DNA of 64,000 nt from IMG/VR virus record IMGVR_UViG_3300027839_000006, positions 1 through 64,000 of that record; one strand, given 5' to 3'. A program made the position numbers and the translations under genes. Below, in pieces: positions 9,148 to 21,100 of this stretch. The notes below the pieces were generated by a model. That model saw only the letters and a program-made list of their open reading frames with translations, did not search any database and was not told the origin of the DNA. How positions within the stretch are numbered: position 1 is the stretch's first letter; each line of letters starts with the position of its first letter. The stretch is from a virus.

Positions 9148-12100
9148 ATGGGATTTGATTTCTCTGGATATGTGCTCCGTGGTGCGACTTCTGCGGACTC
9201 CAACGCATCGACAACGGGGCTTGCCTCCAATGGCGTAGTGCGTGATGTGAAGGCCGTCCCTCATGTGGAGTCTTCTTCGCTTGGCAGACCCGCATACACA
9301 CTGAACAGCGACAACGGTGAAGCTCCCGCTTTGGTTGAGCTTGACGCTGACCAGTATCGAACCTCCATCTTGAACGCCCCCGCTGAAGGAACCACCGAAT
9401 ACATCATCTGGGCGGCGAACTCTTCTTCGATGGCTATCATCACCGGAGATGAGAATAACCCTGTAAATGCGTCGGGAGTTGTTGATCCGTGGGTGGAAGA
9501 AGGTGGGACCGGTATCCTCGCAAATGGTTCGGGTCTTCATGTGGTCGCCCAGAAAAGGGGTTGGCCGGGTGATCTAAACGATGGAGAACCAGCAGCCTCT
9601 CTGATTAGGACCGTGTTCCATGAAGAGGGCCGCTCAACTGCGGACCTTTCTCTCTTTCGTCGGAAAGACGCCTCTCGTAGCATTATCGTTTCAGACAAGG
9701 GCGACCGTTCTATATCTGGCATTGTCGGCGTGAGGGTGACCCGGGGAGATACCGGGCATGTTTTCATGTTCTGGGCTGGGCTCAATGCTGACACCAAGTC
9801 ATTAGAAAGTGCAGAAGAGGGCGACCTAACCAATATCTATGAGGCGTTTGAGTCGGTTGATCCAGACGCCGGAATCGTTACTATCAAGGCAGATAAGTTG
9901 GGGGTGTCTTATGACACCCAGATCCATGATGACTACGCTCGGGGAGCCGTTACTGAAGATGCCCTTCTGGACGATATCGCAGCGGCGTTCGGGGCTGATC
10001 AGCAGGGTAGCCCTGGACTCGGCGGCGGTTTTTCTTTCAAGCGAGGCGATTCGGTTAGTCGGGTCATGTACTTCATCGCTCCTTCTCGGTTCTGGTGGAC
10101 TCGTAATGATCCTTATGAGACCCGGTTCGGATACGACTTCAAGTACCGCAAGTTTCGACCCCTCAAGGGCACAGGCATCGTCAAGGTAGGCGCTCTTGCC
10201 GTTGAGACTACCTATGCCTTGATCCCCCCGCCTTCTGGCGTACAGGTCGGTGAATACTTGCCCGGGATACCAGGGGTGGCCGGGGCAGACGAGTATTCGA
10301 TGGTTCGGGTTGGAAGAATCCCAAATAGCGGCTCAACTCCGATTGCCGAGGCCGATGAGCTTGCCGAGCATGAGTTCAACGGCATGTTGGTTGTCTTGGA
10401 TGAGGATGTCTCTGAAGAGTTCAACTTCTCTGCTTACGACCCGCCCCTTGCCGGGATCGTTGGGGCTGCTACGGGAGAGGTGTTCTTCAATCCGAAGTTC
10501 GTCTTGGAATACGGCGGCCAATCTGTTTGGTATTCCTATCGGAGCTTCAACACGGAGGCGAACGCCTTTGTCGGGAAGCTCAAGGGGGCAGAGACGAATA
10601 AGATCCCCTTGTTCATCTCCCCGATCCCACCACCGGATACCCACCCTTTCATTCATTTTGGCTCTCGACGCCCGTTGACCCCGGTGCTCGTAGACACAGA
10701 CGCCGATCTCTACGACTTGGAGATCGGGTTGGTGACAGAGGTTGGGGTCTCTCTCACCACGGGACAACTGAAGTTCCATGATGAGGTGTACGGGTGGCCC
10801 GACCCCGAGAGCGAGTTTTTCAACTACCTGTATCTGGGCACTACCGTTTACTACAACGGTCTTGCTATGAACGCTATCTCCCAGCCCATCCAAAGCCCTT
10901 CCGAGATGATGTGGTTTGGAGAGGATGCTGATCAGGACACAGCCACCCCCATTCGTAGATGGGACATGGGTGACAACAAGGACATTTACGTCCAGACGGC
11001 ACAACCCTTCGGTGGGAACGGTCTTGGGGTCAGTGGGGTGCTTCATGTACCCGATGGGTCTGGGACTACCTTTGACGCTGACGGGAAGGTTGGGACACGT
11101 CAGGGAGGGGATAATAGCGCCGGTTGGACGGTTTCCGGTCTGGTTCGGTCCGTCAAGGTCCGTCATCTTGGCGTGGAAACTGTTGAGGTTGGGGATTCAT
11201 TCATCTTCTCGTCCAGAGGTGCTGTCGTTACTTTGGACGAGAGGGACTATGCCTTCGATCCAAACGGGTTCTTTATGCCCGACAAGGCCCTGTCAGTTTC
11301 CCAGCTACCTTTCTTTGATTGGAATGTCACTGGTGGGCGTGGTGTCGTTGCCAAGTCTCCAGAGAAAGAAGACGGCCAAGGCTGGATGGGCGAGACGACG
11401 GGCTATGTGGACCTCGACGGGCATGGCAACTTCGGGTCAGCGGTCATGCTTCCCCGTAAGGAACGGAAGCGAATCGCCACAGAGCTAAACGACTGGTTGG
11501 CTCCTGGGTCGGCAGTGACCGGACTCGTTTACTTCCAGCAGAGCTTGTTCAAGCCCTCAACCTATACATATAGGGCTCGGCTTACTTCCAAGGTCCGTGA
11601 CGAGTTTACATTTGTAGGGACCGAGATCCTCCGCTTCGCCGTCAACGGGACACCCTATACCTGGGACGCCCATGCTTTAGGGGATGGGACGTTCGATATC
11701 TTGGAGGTGGTGGAGTCTCTCAAGGCTTCCGCAGCCGATGAAGGCTATACGACCCCGGCAGGGGATTCCATCACGACACTCCAAGATGAGATCGATTGTG
11801 TGTTGAACCAGACGGGAGCCTTCGTCGGGGGTGCCGAGGTCGGGGCGCTTGCTGCTAACGTGGAAGATGTCGGCGGCTACATCATCTTGTCTGGTTACGA
11901 TAGAATCGAGATTGGATGGGGACCAAACGGCACTAAAGACCTCGATGCTTGTGCTGCTTTGGGGCTCCTTCCTGGGTGGTACGCCGAGGATGGGCGGGAC
12001 AACTGGCTATCTGACTCTGGAATCTCCTTTGGGCTGGAGCGCAGCCCTTTCAACCGAGACCGGTCTTCTGAACGGCCTGACTTTATCCACCAGTATCGGG

Positions 12101-15100
12101 TGAAGAACCACAAGATCTCCCCTCAAGGCGGGGTCCAACCTTATCCTGTCATGCTGGTTGATTATCCTCCATTGGAGGACATTCCTGGCTATGGGGAAGG
12201 GGTCTTCTTCCAGACCCAAAACACCATCAAAGTTGGGGGTGGTGAACAGAGTCAGGTTCGGTTCTTGAGGCAACTGATTGATGTCTTCTATGTCTTCGGA
12301 GAGAACGCCTTTCTGTGGCTTGAGAAAGAGGACATCGTTGAATCAGTAGAGGCCCCATTACGGGGACTCCCGTTGGGGAAGCAGTCAATCATCCCAGAGA
12401 GCCTGTTGGGTTGTGAGCCTAACCCCAACATGGGGTTGTTTGTAGCTGAAGAGGGCGGTTCCTTCGAGCTAAAGGTGCAGGATGATGAGTACCTCATGTT
12501 GGATGGCGGCAATCCCGGTGTAGCTATGCTCATCGACCGGGTTGGGAGCTATGTCGGCACGGGCGGCCAGGGCGAGTTCATTGAGGGCGAGACGGGGTTC
12601 ACAAACACCTTCGCTGCCCAAGACGACAACTTCCTTATGATGGTGGAGACCACCATCCAAGAAGCAGGCGAAGACGAGGAAGTCGGAACAAGCGATGATC
12701 CAGAACCCTTCGAGGAACCAGGACCAGTTCTCCCAGGCTACAAACTCAAGATCCTGTCTGGTGATGCCCTTGGCTGGTACGAAGTCATAGAGGTTGTAGA
12801 CGAGCACACTTTGGTCGTGACGCCACCTTTCCCCACTTCGGCGGGTCAAGATGGGGACTACAAGGTTCCGTGGGAGATATACGACGGGATGCTCGACTCG
12901 GAGTATGACCCGGCTGTTGTAGCCGACGCTTTGTTTACGCAGTGGACCCATCTTCCCGAAGAGCCTTTCAAGATCCGCACGTTGGCCCCGCTTGGGAATG
13001 TCCCAAGATTTGCGACTCAAGAAGAGACTCGTTTACAAGCTATTGTTTCAGACGCTTTGATTAGCGAACGGTTGATTAGCCTTCGGTTTGGGTTGGATCA
13101 CGAAGCCGAAGATGGATCGAACGTGGTAGAGCTAAAGCGTCTGCCCTCTGAAGAACTGGGTGTGGTCGGCAACAACACGCTGATGATTCCCGGTGTGCAT
13201 CCTGCGACCCCCCAGGAGGGTTTCACGGATGGGCGGATCGAAGCCCAGGCTTTTTATGTCCAACTTGGGACCGCCGCTTTCACCTTCGAGTCGGGTCTCT
13301 TGATAGCTGTGACGGATGAGAGCAGCGACGAATGGGATAACCCCGGTGCTGGTTCCGCCGTTGCGTACAACCCAAACACACGGAAGCTCCGCTTCGGAAC
13401 ATCACTACTGTCTTCCTATGCGTCGGCTGTTGTGTATGTGATCGGATCGTGGATGCCCCCAGAGCAGTTGGCTCCAGGTCACGCAGAGTTCCATCCCGTG
13501 ACAGGCTACTTGAACTTCTCCAAAGCAGACATGGACGCCCGTGGACCGCAGATGGTTGCGGAAGGGGAGACCGAAGAAGGCGGGACAGCCGCCTCTTACA
13601 CCTTGGGGATTCCTGTTTACTTCGTTGAACAGATGATCACGACGGATCGAATCGACATCGCTTGCAACCCGATAGGCGGGGCGTTTGTCTTCTTGCGACC
13701 GCTTCGGGAGCGCCTAATCGTTGAGTGTGAGTATTCGGTTGCTGACGACGAAGGCAACCCGAAGCTGATCTATGAGCTTCGGGAGGACGGCACCGTTCTC
13801 TACAACAAGGACACTGGTAAGCCGGTCCCAGAACTCGATGAGAACGGGGACGTGATCTACGACGAAGTACGGGAGTTCTTGCCCCTTTACATTCGTAGCG
13901 AAGAGGCGACCAAGGTCGATGCTTACACGTATTCGTTCAACCCGCCCGAAAGCGACGAGTTTCAGCGCACTGCTTTTGAGGACATTGAGCCAATGGTTTG
14001 GCTCAACTCCCACATGCTCAACTATGGCACTGACGCAGAAGTAGAGATTGATTTCGAGAACAACTTGATCCGGCTGTCCCAGGAAGGGCCAACGCCCGTT
14101 CTCCCTTCAATCATAACCGAGATGCTGTTTAGTGAGTTCTCACCCGACACACCGAGGGTGACGATTAGCTATGCCGTATTGGAGACCTATGGTGGAGAGA
14201 AGGTCTACAACACCTCAAAGTCACCGATTTATCGTCCTCCTTTCTTCTTGGAGAAAGGCGTAGACTCGTTCGTTTTGGAAACAGACCGAACAGAGGGGAT
14301 GCGGGTTGGGATGCTCTTCCGTATCGGAGCGGCCACCTTCTACATCAAGGATGCCTCTTACGACGAAGAGGCCGATGAGACTACCGTTACCATCTTCCCA
14401 ACAACACGAAGCGAAGTCGGAAGCCGCTCCCCGGGGAAGGACGTTCTCTCACTACTGTCGGACCGCCCTGTGACACTTGAAGTTGATGGTCTGGAAGTTC
14501 CCGAGACTTCACCTCAAGGCTTTTTGCTTGATCTGGATGACACCCAACATGGCGGTGATGGCACCGACGATAGCGGGATTGAATGGGAGCCCGTTAGTCA
14601 GGGATCTAACCGTATTGAGTTCCAGGGTAATCTCCTACGGTTTGCTGTACCCGGCCACTTGATGGAGATTGGTGGATACCCCTACTTGATCCACGAAGCC
14701 ATGATGTCCACAGATGGCTTGAAAACGGTGGTTCTTACCACCCAGACTTTCTATACCGGGCATAGCATGGCCTACGATGCCGTCCGGTTGAGCGTGCGCC
14801 CGATTTATCCACCAGATTGGCGAAACCCGTTGGGGGTGAACCCCATTCTTGCCAGTGAGGGGTTCGAGTTTGTTCGTTATGGGGAGAAGGATTCCGCAGG
14901 GAATGAGTTACCGGGTCGGACCCTCGTCTTGGGCGCTGAATACACCATTGATGAGACTTCGGGGGCTACCTTCCTTCTTGCGCCGTTGGAGCCAACCCTA
15001 CTCCCAAACCAGCGTATTCTGCTCCATTATACGAAGGTCAACATGCTTGCCCCTGCGTATGACCCGGCAAGTCTGACGTACCGATTTCCCAGGTTCTACG

Positions 15101-18100
15101 CCGAGTACCGATACAACACCCTCCCCAGCTTGGAGAATGGCCTCTTGGGGGCGAAGGTGTACTCCACGTATTCCTTTCATCACCCAGACACCTTTTATAC
15201 CCGCATCGTTCCTGTTGAATCGTATTCGATTGAAGCCGCCGAAGAGATCATGGGCGACATGAGCAGCAGACAAGGCGGCCAAGGCCCCATGCTGACGGCT
15301 GGACAATCGATGAATGAGAAGGACGTTGGGATGCGAAGCATCACGACGGACCGGAGCAACCTGACCGACAAGGACCGTGTTGCCCGCTTGTTCCTCGACT
15401 TCTACAACTCGGTCATCGTGGCCTTTGAGCAGGTCAAGGAGTGCTTGGATGGTTCCCTGGTCGGGGATCGAGATGGCAAGTTCCGTTACTTCATCGGGCG
15501 TGGAAAGGATACCCCGCCCCCTGGATGGGAAGACTCAATCACTGGGTTGCTGAACCCCCGAAACATCTTCTCGATGATCTACGAGGAAGAAAGCAACTTC
15601 CCCATCTTCAAGAACGACTGGCTCTACGATCCTCGCTATTCGACAATGGATTGGGGAACCATTGATGGTGATTGGATGGATGCAGAGGATCGGGAGATCT
15701 TCATGCAACGCCAATCGAAGCTGGTGATGAACGATGTAGATGATCTCGTTCTGACGGACCAAAGGCTCGTATGGGTTTGGTATTGGATCTTCCTCTTCCC
15801 GATCCCCTGGCCCAAGCCCAAGGGGGTCTTCGAGAGACTCTCTCAACCTAACGAACTGTCCCGTATCTTCCCCGAATCTGGCACAGCTTTCTTCCGAACC
15901 CACCCCGGGCTGAAGCACGATCTATCGAGGCGGGGGCAAGTCTCTGCCCGAGAAGATTGGTCCGGTTGGTACAGCATCTTGAAGCTGTTGGAGGCTGGTT
16001 CTTGGAGTTGGTCCGAAGGCATCACGTTACCGGTGTTTGGATCAACCTGGGGCAAGGTAAGCGGATACATTGAGAACCCAGTCGTCGGTCGGATGAAGTA
16101 CATCGATGACATGGTGCTCAATGACAGGTTTCCGAGAGCACGTATCTGGGACTACTTCCCGTCAGGTATCGCAGCAGGCGCATTTGGTCTGGATGAAGAC
16201 GGTGCGCTCCGTCCTGCCGAAGCCATTGAACGCCCGTGCATGATCGCTACTCCGATGAAGATCTCCGAGTTGCCAATCAACCCAGAGACCGGGATGCCCG
16301 ACATCGACCTGTTCATGTCCAACGGGAACGACGGGAGTAACCAGAACCCACCTTCTGGCGTTCACATGGATCTGGGTACGGGCGACTTCAACCTCATCAC
16401 GCCAGCGTGGCACGATTGGTGGAAGGGTGACATTACCATCGCCATTGGTAAGCCCAGTGGAGAGCGGCTTTCAGTCATCGATTCCGGCGAAAACGCCCCG
16501 GTCAGAGTTGACCAGATTCTCTATGGTTGTGTTGTTACCTTCAAGGACAGTGGAGGGGATGCCATCACGAATGGATCGGCTCTCTGCTGGCGTAACAAGG
16601 ACGGCGATGCGGGGCTTCCCATCCAATCGACCGTCACTGGTTCTCCTGTCACACAGGGGGACACGCTCTATGACCAGAAGGCTGACAATCAGTTCCAAGA
16701 AGGTGACTTTGATGACCCTCCGACAGCCGATGACTTGGAGAAGATCCTCGACGCCTCCCCAGACTATGATTACACATACAGCCGGAAGAAAGGCCAACTG
16801 AAAGACCGCACCTTCTGGCAAGTCCCCAAGTCCAACTTCTGGGAACAACCTTGGGGCCTGAACCCCCCTCGCCCTTGTACCGAGTTGGAAGCCATTGTCA
16901 CGTTCCACAACCAAGACATTGAGCCGAATAAGAATCTCCCAGCCTTGTTGGGTGAGGACAAGAATGACAGCGGGGACTACACCCTCCCTTACTTGAGGAC
17001 GACGAACACGGAGCTTGATCGGTTCCGGCAGCTTTCCGATCTGATTACGGAGATCCTCACGGCCAAGAGCCCCAGTATCAACCTCATGGATGGTGTGTTC
17101 TGGAGTCTCGATGACGGGGACGGATCATTGTCGATAGATGACGGCGGGGGCAGCCCAGAAGGTGTGTTTACGGGAGACGAGTTCTTGGATGGGGAGACAG
17201 AAGTTCCCCACGGGATGCGTGAAGGAGACATGATCTATCTCTCTTCAGCATCTTTGGTGGGGGGTACGTTCACTGGCTGGCATCGAGTAGCGAAGGTAAC
17301 CACTGCCACCAACTTCTCTTTGGCACTGTTTCAAGAGGACGGTGACTACACAGGAAGCATCACGGACAACCGTTACGTCGTAGCGAGACCTTTCACTACC
17401 TTCATTGATGCGTGGATCGCTATCTTGTTTGAAGGTGACCCCGTTGAGGGTGGCTCTGGAGTTGTGGGTGGCGAGTATATCTATCCAGATGAAGTTCGTG
17501 GGAGTGACGGGACCATTGTTACCGAGCTTTCCACGACGGCTTCAGTCTTTACCAACGATGCTGATGTAGTCGGATACGTCCCACCAGCGGCCCTACTGAC
17601 CAACGAACGGCATAACGAACTCGAATACAACGCTTCAACCCCTGGTAAGGGCAACGTACAGTCCCATGACATTCTGCTCGTTGAGGTGGCAGGCGAGGGC
17701 GTCACCCTACCTGCTGGTTGCCAGGGGCTCCTGTCGGTCGGCAGGATCTATCGGAACCAGACCGAGGTTGGCCTTACCGGCGATTACGACGACTACATTG
17801 ATGGCGATGGCGATGCGGTTCCTGCCGAAGAGGGTGGGGCAGACTTGGCTTACCACACGGTAGTTGAACCCCCTCGCTTCATCACCCAGACGGCCCGTGG
17901 AGATGCTCTACGGTATCAGTTGGACAACTACCTTGTTCACATCCACGGAGCGACCACAAGCTACCCAAGTGGCGTCTTTGAACATGATTGGACCGCTGGA
18001 CCAGCAGCCGGAAACACGGCTGATTTTTCGGGCTCTGATCCCGTAGAGGGCGATCCTTTCGACAACACGAATACGTCTGGTGTGGGGATCATTGAAGACC

Positions 18101-21100
18101 GAACCAAGGGCATCGAGTTCGACATACACCCCGATACAGGGGAGACGGGTACGGGGCACGGGCGCATCATCTTTGATTTCTCAAGTTTGGGTCAGATCGA
18201 ACTTGGGGACGCTGCGTTGGATGGCGGCGAACTCGCTAACGTCACGGAAAACGGTTCACACGCCACGCTTATGACCGACTCGGATGATACCTGGAAGGGT
18301 AGCGGCGGGCTGAATCGAATCCTCAATACGGACGGCAACAAGATCGTCCTACGGATCTTCGCCCGTGAGTACCTCGCTTGGGAACAAGATCCAGACGGGG
18401 TTCCAGATTCAGGGGATGAGTTCAAGGTGACGGTCAATCCAGGGGATGAGCTTCTTCGGGTTGAGTTCTTCAACGATGGTGGCACCAAGAAGATGCTGAC
18501 CACCTTTGCGGGCGGTCAGTGGGACCACAACCGAGCAACCACCCCAGACGATAGTGTTGGTGTGGGCGGAAGCTCTGCCGGTTGGAGAACGGACCAGCAG
18601 TTCGAGCCTACCTCCATCACCTTTGGATCGTTCGACGGCAACATAGAGGGCTACGAGAGCGAAGATGACTTGGACAAGTTCAAGTGCATCGTCATCGAGT
18701 TCGACCGTCTGGAGCAAACTGCCCCAGGTCTGGTGGATCTGAACGATACACCCCTTCAACTGCGAGGCTTCCCAGGTATCCCAACGGAAGCGGGGTACCA
18801 TAATCTCGGTTCAAGTTGGGGAACCAATGCGTATCTCGATCCAGACGGGGACGGGAACAACGACGATGACATCACAGAAGGCTCCCGGTTGGGATCTTCC
18901 CCTGACCCAGCCGTTCATCGTTCAACCTATAAGTATGACTTCTCCTTCTCTGTTGAGGCGGTGAGCGATACGGATGCAGGGGTGGACGGCCAATCTACGA
19001 CGGCTTGGATTGATGAAGACCGCCTCTCGTTCAACGAGGTCTTGGACCTTCGTCTGGCCCGTGGCCGGGGCGTGCGACACCCGATTGGACGACAAGACCT
19101 AACGACAGCGTTGATGATCCATCACTGTGTTGTCGAGAGTGCTGATGATGCCGCTGGCGTAGAGACCGACATTCAATCCAACCTCTATATCAATGGCGTT
19201 GACAGCGAAGACAACCCTGTGCCCTTCACGTTCTTGGAACGAGACCCAGACCATCACTTGGAGTTCCCCAAGGTCTACGGCGAGGGCAACTACAGGATTG
19301 GGTGTTGGCGTGCTGGTAACGCTTCTCACGACGGAAGCGAGCGTGGTGTCTTACGGGTGATGCCCCTGGAGGGGTGGGCTACTGCTATTCCTCCCCAGGC
19401 TGACTTCTCGTTCCTCTTCAAGATCGAGCACTTCAACCTCGATGGGGTTGTCCACGATCCGGCTGATCCAGAATCGATCCTCGACCCCAACCGGACCGGG
19501 GTATTGACTACCGTTGAACTGCTTTCTGAAGGTGAGGCTAACGGAGGGGACCATGCCATATTAGGGAAAGTGCCCTTCACTTATGGCACCGTTCAAGTCA
19601 CGCTTTCCGATGGGAGGGATGACCCAGCCGCAGGTGAGCTTGACGGAACCGATCCGCTGGTCGAACTGGTCATGGAAGGCGGCTACATCACAGGGATCAC
19701 GATCCTCAACCCAGGCCAGGGGCTTCCAACGGATCTCCAACCCGAGGCTGGGTGGGTGTACCCATCCTCGATGCCTGCCGATTTCGATATCACAGTGACG
19801 CACGTCCCCGGCAACCTGCCTATTGCTGCGGACCGGCTTCGATTCACGTTGATCCCCTCTACGGAATACCATGAGACTGGGACGGTATCGACTGACCCAG
19901 CCGCTCTGGGTTTGTTCTGCCGTGGCTACGGGACCATCAGAGATGGGTCTCATAGCATTGTTTCTGGCATCGAGATCGATCCAGCAGTCTCAATAACCAA
20001 TGGCTCCGACACAGACGGCGGGTATCACGGAGGGGATTTGGGAGCCGTAGTTCCCGGGGATATCCTTGTCATCAAGGGTGGGTCCACAGCAGTAGAAGAC
20101 ACCCTCTCGGGCGGTTACTCCCAACGTGGGTCTATCAAGTCTGGGACTTATGTTGTCAGGCACACCGTCGATCCTAATGTCTTTCCTGACGGGACAGCCC
20201 ACTTCCCTGAAGGTGATGATCTGCTGGCCTTGTCTTTGAAGAATACGATTGGCTCCGAGGGGTGGGTTTCTACAAGTTTCCCCCTTGTAGATGACGACAT
20301 AGCGAGTCTGAATGACGACAACGAGCCTCTCGATGAAGATGGGGTGGTGATCCCCTCCCCCAACCCTGACAACATTGTCCCCGGTATGGACATGGCCGTT
20401 AGTTTCGAGTTCGAGTTCGATGATGAGTCGGCAGTCACAGGGCTGACCAGCGCCACAGTCCGTATCAACGACTTGGTTTACTTTGAGGGCTCTCCCTCCA
20501 GTAATGAAGGAGATCTTACGGGCCACTCTTTCCCTGTCCCCGGTGGGGTCAAACACCTCCAAGTGACGAGTGGCGGTACGGGCTACGAGGTTGGGGATAC
20601 CATTACGATTGCGGGAGCCGGTACAGGTGCCACTGGAGTTGTGACCCTTGTAGACGAAGATGGGGTGATCACAGGGGTCCGTGTTCTCAATGCAGGCAGT
20701 GAGTACACCGCAGCCGCTACCGCTACCGTAGTCTCTGATGATGGGGCGGCAGCTACTCTCGCAGTAACAGTGTGGGAAGACTGCCGGATCTTCATCATTG
20801 TCAAAGCAAATGGCATGAACTCTTTGGTCATCTCTGCCCCCTACACGGCCTTGGAATCCAAAGACCCAGACGTAAGCACCAAGGGAGTGTTTACGCTCGA
20901 TGTTGCCCACCTGGAGCTTTTCATTGGGGCTGACGGGCAACCCATCGCTGATGCTGCTGATGCTGCTGATGTGCAAGCCCAAGCAATCTTCGATGAGTTC
21001 TACCTCAAGCTCGTTACGTTGAACTACTCGATGGTTGATCCAACGCTGTCTCGGGGTCTGACCAAGAATCTGCAAGTCTCGGGGATGGTGTACTTCCCTA

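Noticed and set aside
20947-20970. GCTGATGCT short tandem repeat (ADAADAAD)
   Set aside because: Fewer than three units, in frame, with no evident significance.
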